Both the position numbers and the translations under genes were made by a program. 64,000 bases of DNA, taken from contig OZ024763.1 of the NCBI GenBank assembly GCA_964016885.1, positions 29,016,001 through 29,080,000 of the forward strand, written 5' to 3'. Position 1 is the first letter of the stretch. Each line of letters starts with the position of its first letter. The notes beneath the pieces are model-generated. The model was not told where the DNA came from and did not search any database. It saw only the letters and a program-made list of their open reading frames with translations. Shown piece after piece: positions 60,404 to 64,000 of the stretch. Source of the stretch: Eledone cirrhosa (lineage: Eukaryota).

Positions 60404-60585
60404 AATTGTTTCTACTTTAGGCACAAGGCCAGCAATTACCCAGTGCATTACTGGTACTTTATTTTCTCGACCCCGTAAGGATGAAAGGCAAAGTCAACCT
60501 CGGCGGGATGTGAACTCAGATCGTAAAGGGACGTAACTATGCTAGAAAGCATGGTGTCCAACCCTCTACCGATACTGCCAATCCA
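60404..60585 (-). mobile_element. SINE family 2 inserted in an AT microsatellite
   Basis: Reverse complement of the 6398 copy. Confidence 0.9.
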
Positions 60586-60618
60586 TATATATTATATATA
60601 TATATAATATATATTATA

Positions 60619-60657
<39 letters not shown>

Positions 60658-60777
60658 TATATATATATATTTATTATATATTATATATATATAGTATATA
60701 TATATATATTATATATATTTATATAAAATATATATATATATTATATATATATATATTATATATATATCATATATATA

Positions 60778-60815
<38 letters not shown>

Positions 60816-60925
60816 TATATATATATAATATATATATATATATAAAATATATATATATAATATATATATATATATTATATATATATAAAATATATATATA
60901 TATTATATATATATATAATATATAT

Positions 60926-60973
<48 letters not shown>

Positions 60974-61743
60974 TTATAATATATACTATATATATATATA
61001 TTATATATTATATATTATTATATATATATAATATATATATAATATATATGTATATATTATATATATATATATTAATATATATATATAAAATATATATATA
61101 TATAAAATATATATATATTATATATATATATAAAATTATATATAGTATATTATATATATATATAATATATATATAATATATATATATAAATATATATAAT
61201 ATATATATATTATAATATATATTATAATATATATTAATATATAATATATTATATATTATATATTATATATATTATATATATATAATATATATATAATATA
61301 TATGTATATATTATATATATATATATATTATATATATATATTATATATATATATTATATATATACATATATATATATATTATATATATAATATACTATAT
61401 AATATATATAATATATATACATATATCTATATATATATTATATATATATATAATATATATACATATATATATATTATATATATATAATATATATCTATAT
61501 CATATATATTATATATTATATACATATATATATATGTATCTATAATTATATATCTATTCATGCATATACCTAGTATATATATATATGGATATACATTCAT
61601 ATTTATAAGTGTATATGTATACATACATATACCTAGTATATATATATATATATATAATATATATAATATATATATATATATATATCATATATATATATAT
61701 ATATAGTAATAAACGGAATATATAACACTATAGCATCATTATT

Positions 61744-61803
61744 TATTTCATTATATATATTTCTGTGATACTAAATTATACTATGCCTTCTTCAGATAAA
61801 ATA
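61744..61803 (-). ncRNA. Type I hammerhead motif, same family as 5933-5993, helix II decayed
   Basis: Reverse complement: UAUUUUAU-CUGAAGA-aggcauaguauaauuuaguaucaca-GAAA-UAUAUA-UA|AUGAAAUA. Helix I 8 bp including one G-U. Confidence 0.6.
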
Positions 61804-62006
61804 CAAAATATATAGTTTCACTGTCGAGTGATTCGTATCTGTTACGAACATAATTCTGTTGATTACATATCAACGAAGTCTTTAACTCATTGTTTACATA
61901 CATGTAGTTTATATATACACAGTTGACTGACGAAACGTTAAGAAAAATGATTATAGCATTAGACAATCACAATAAATTATATATAAGAAAGTTATTTATC
62001 GTAAAC

Positions 62007-62663
62007 GATAACGATCGAGACACCATGTTGACACTGTGGAGGACTTTTGTCCTAAGCCGCCTGGACTACTGCTCCCAGCTGTGGTCACCCCATAGTGTCA
62101 AACTAACCACAGAGCTTGAGGCAATCCAGCGAAGCTACACCAAGAGGATTGCCAAGATGAGGGAGACAAGCTACTGGGAGAGGCTGAAGGAACTGAACCT
62201 CTACTCCTTGGAGCGAAGACGGGAGAGATACGCAGTGATCTACATGTGGAAAAATCCTGGAGGGACTAGCACCAAACTTTGGCATTGGGAGCTGGACCAA
62301 CCGTCGAACAGGACGTCACTGTGTGGTGCCAAAGGTCCCGTCTTCCACATCTAGAATAAGGAGCAGGTATTGCAATAGCCTGGGATTCAAGGGCCCTCAA
62401 CTCTTCAACAGGCTGCCGAGGCATCTGCGAGACTTGCATGACGTGGAGGTGGATGTCTTTAAGAAACATCTCGACACCTTGTTATCCAGGATCCCGGATG
62501 AGCCCACAGCAAGACACGAGGGAAACCTAAGGGCAGCAGCAACAAACTCCCTCCTACACCAGTGGCCAACCTATACAGGCTGGAGATAAAGTGTGTAGCA
62601 GCAAGGGCGGTGCCCCAGCATGGCCTCAGCCGGATGGCTGAAACAGGTAAAAGAGTAAAAGAG
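62007..62663 (+). mobile_element. 5'-truncated CR1-like LINE (ORF2 C-terminus, one frameshift, 3' UTR and tandem tail)
   Basis: RLDYCSQLWSP...LEAIQRSYTK...SYWERLKELNLYSLERRRER...WK, +1 slip at AAAAA (~62250), then ILEGLAPNF...LFNRLP...FKKHLDTLLSRIPDEP*(62589). 3' stem-loop cagccggatggctg and (GTAAAAGA)2 tail. Confidence 0.88.
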
Positions 62664-62849
62664 ACTATTAATTGTTTTCATTTACGTTAGGATGACTACG
62701 TTTCAAATATCATGTATCTATGTTTTATGGACTCGTGTTATACAAAATATTAAAATGCACTGAATTGTGGAACCATACATTGTATATCGATCACTTACGT
62801 TCCCGCGACTGGTGCCACCTCTCTACATGTGCCACAGGTGGAGATTGTA

Positions 62850-64000
62850 ATTGAGGTGCCACTGATGCAGCCAATTGTTGGGGGTGCCATTCTAGATGTA
62901 CCTCCAGTGCAGCCAGACGTTGGTTTGCCACTCTAGATATGCCACAGGTGCCACTCTAGATGTGACCCTGGTGTAGCCAGTCGTTGGGGTGTCACTGATG
63001 CAGGAAGTCGTTGGGGTGCCACCCTAGATGTGTCTCCGATGCAGCCAGTCGTTGGGGTGCCACCCTAGATGTGTCTCTGGTGCAGCCAGTCGTTGGGGTG
63101 CCACCCTAGATGTACCTCCAGTGCAGCCAAACGTTGGTTTGCCACTCTAGATGTGCCAGTGGTGCAGACAGTTGTTGGGGTGCCACCCTAGATGTGTCTC
63201 TGGTGCAGCCAGTTGTTGGGGTACCACTGATGCAGCCAGACGTTGGGGTGCCACTCTAGATGTGACCCTGGTGTAGCCAGTCGTTGGGGTGTCACTGATG
63301 CAGCCAGTCGTTGGGGTGCCACCCTAGATGTGTCTCTGATGCAGCCAGTCGTTGGGGTGTCACTGATGCAGCCAGTCATTTGGGTGCCACTCTAGATGTA
63401 CCTCCAGTGCAGCCAAACGTTGGTTTTCCACTCTAGATGTGCCACTGGTGCAGCCAGTCGTTGGGGTGCCACCCTAGATGTGTCTCTGGTGCAGCCAGTC
63501 ATTTGGGTGCCACTCTAGATGTACCTCCAGTGCAGCCAAACGTTGGTTTTCCACTCTAGATGTGCCACTGTGCAGCCAGTCGTTGGGGTGCCACCCTAGA
63601 TGTGTCTCTGGTGCAGCCAGTCATTTGGGTGCCACTCTAGATGTACCTCCAGTGCAGCCAAACGTTGGTTTTCCACTCTAGATGTGCCAGTGGTGCAGAC
63701 AGTCGTTGGGGTGTCACTGATGCAGCCAGTCGTTGGGGTGCCACTCTAGATGTGTCCCTGGTGCAGCCAGTCGTTGGGGTGTCACTGATGCAGACAGTCG
63801 TTGGGGTGCCACCCTAGATGTGTCTCTGGTGCAGGCCAGTCGTTGGGGTGCCACCCTAGATGTGTCTCTGGTGCAGCCAGTCGTTGGGGTGTCACTGATG
63901 CAGACAGTCGTTGGGGTGCCACTCTAGATGTACCTCCAGTGCAGCCAAACGTTGGTTTTCCACTCTAGATGTGCCACTGGTGCCACCCTAGATGTGTCTC
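62850..64000 (+). repeat. GC-rich composite minisatellite (27-, 41- and 42-bp related units), runs off the window
   Basis: Units share gcag(c/a)cagtcgttggggtg, followed by tcactgat, ccaccctagatgtgtctctggt, or the variant gcagccaaacgttggttttccactctagatgtgccactggt. Confidence 0.9.

Overview
Eukaryotic, gene-poor DNA that is extremely rich in microsatellites: (TA)n, (CA)n, (GA)n, (ACC/AAC/ACT)n, (GATA)n. The repeat landscape and SINE sequences resemble an octopod cephalopod genome (inference, not verified). I find no host protein-coding gene; almost every ORF in the track is a translated microsatellite or satellite. Recognisable mobile DNA: an internally deleted mariner with ~102-bp TIRs, 3' fragments of CR1-like, RTE-like and probably Tx1-like LINEs, a probable non-autonomous Helitron, many tRNA-derived SINEs, and 104-bp, 131-bp, 19-bp and 27/41-bp tandem arrays. 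The main signal lies in the short unique islands embedded in the (TA)n tracts. Many carry type I hammerhead ribozyme motifs (CUGANGA...GAAA...UH with a complementary helix I and a minimal or palindromic helix III) of several unrelated sequence families. Many also carry an inverted duplication or 5' inversion. Both are hallmarks of Penelope-like-element (PLE) pLTR insertions or retrozyme-like RNAs targeting (TA)n. All ribozyme calls come from manual base-pairing and are untested.
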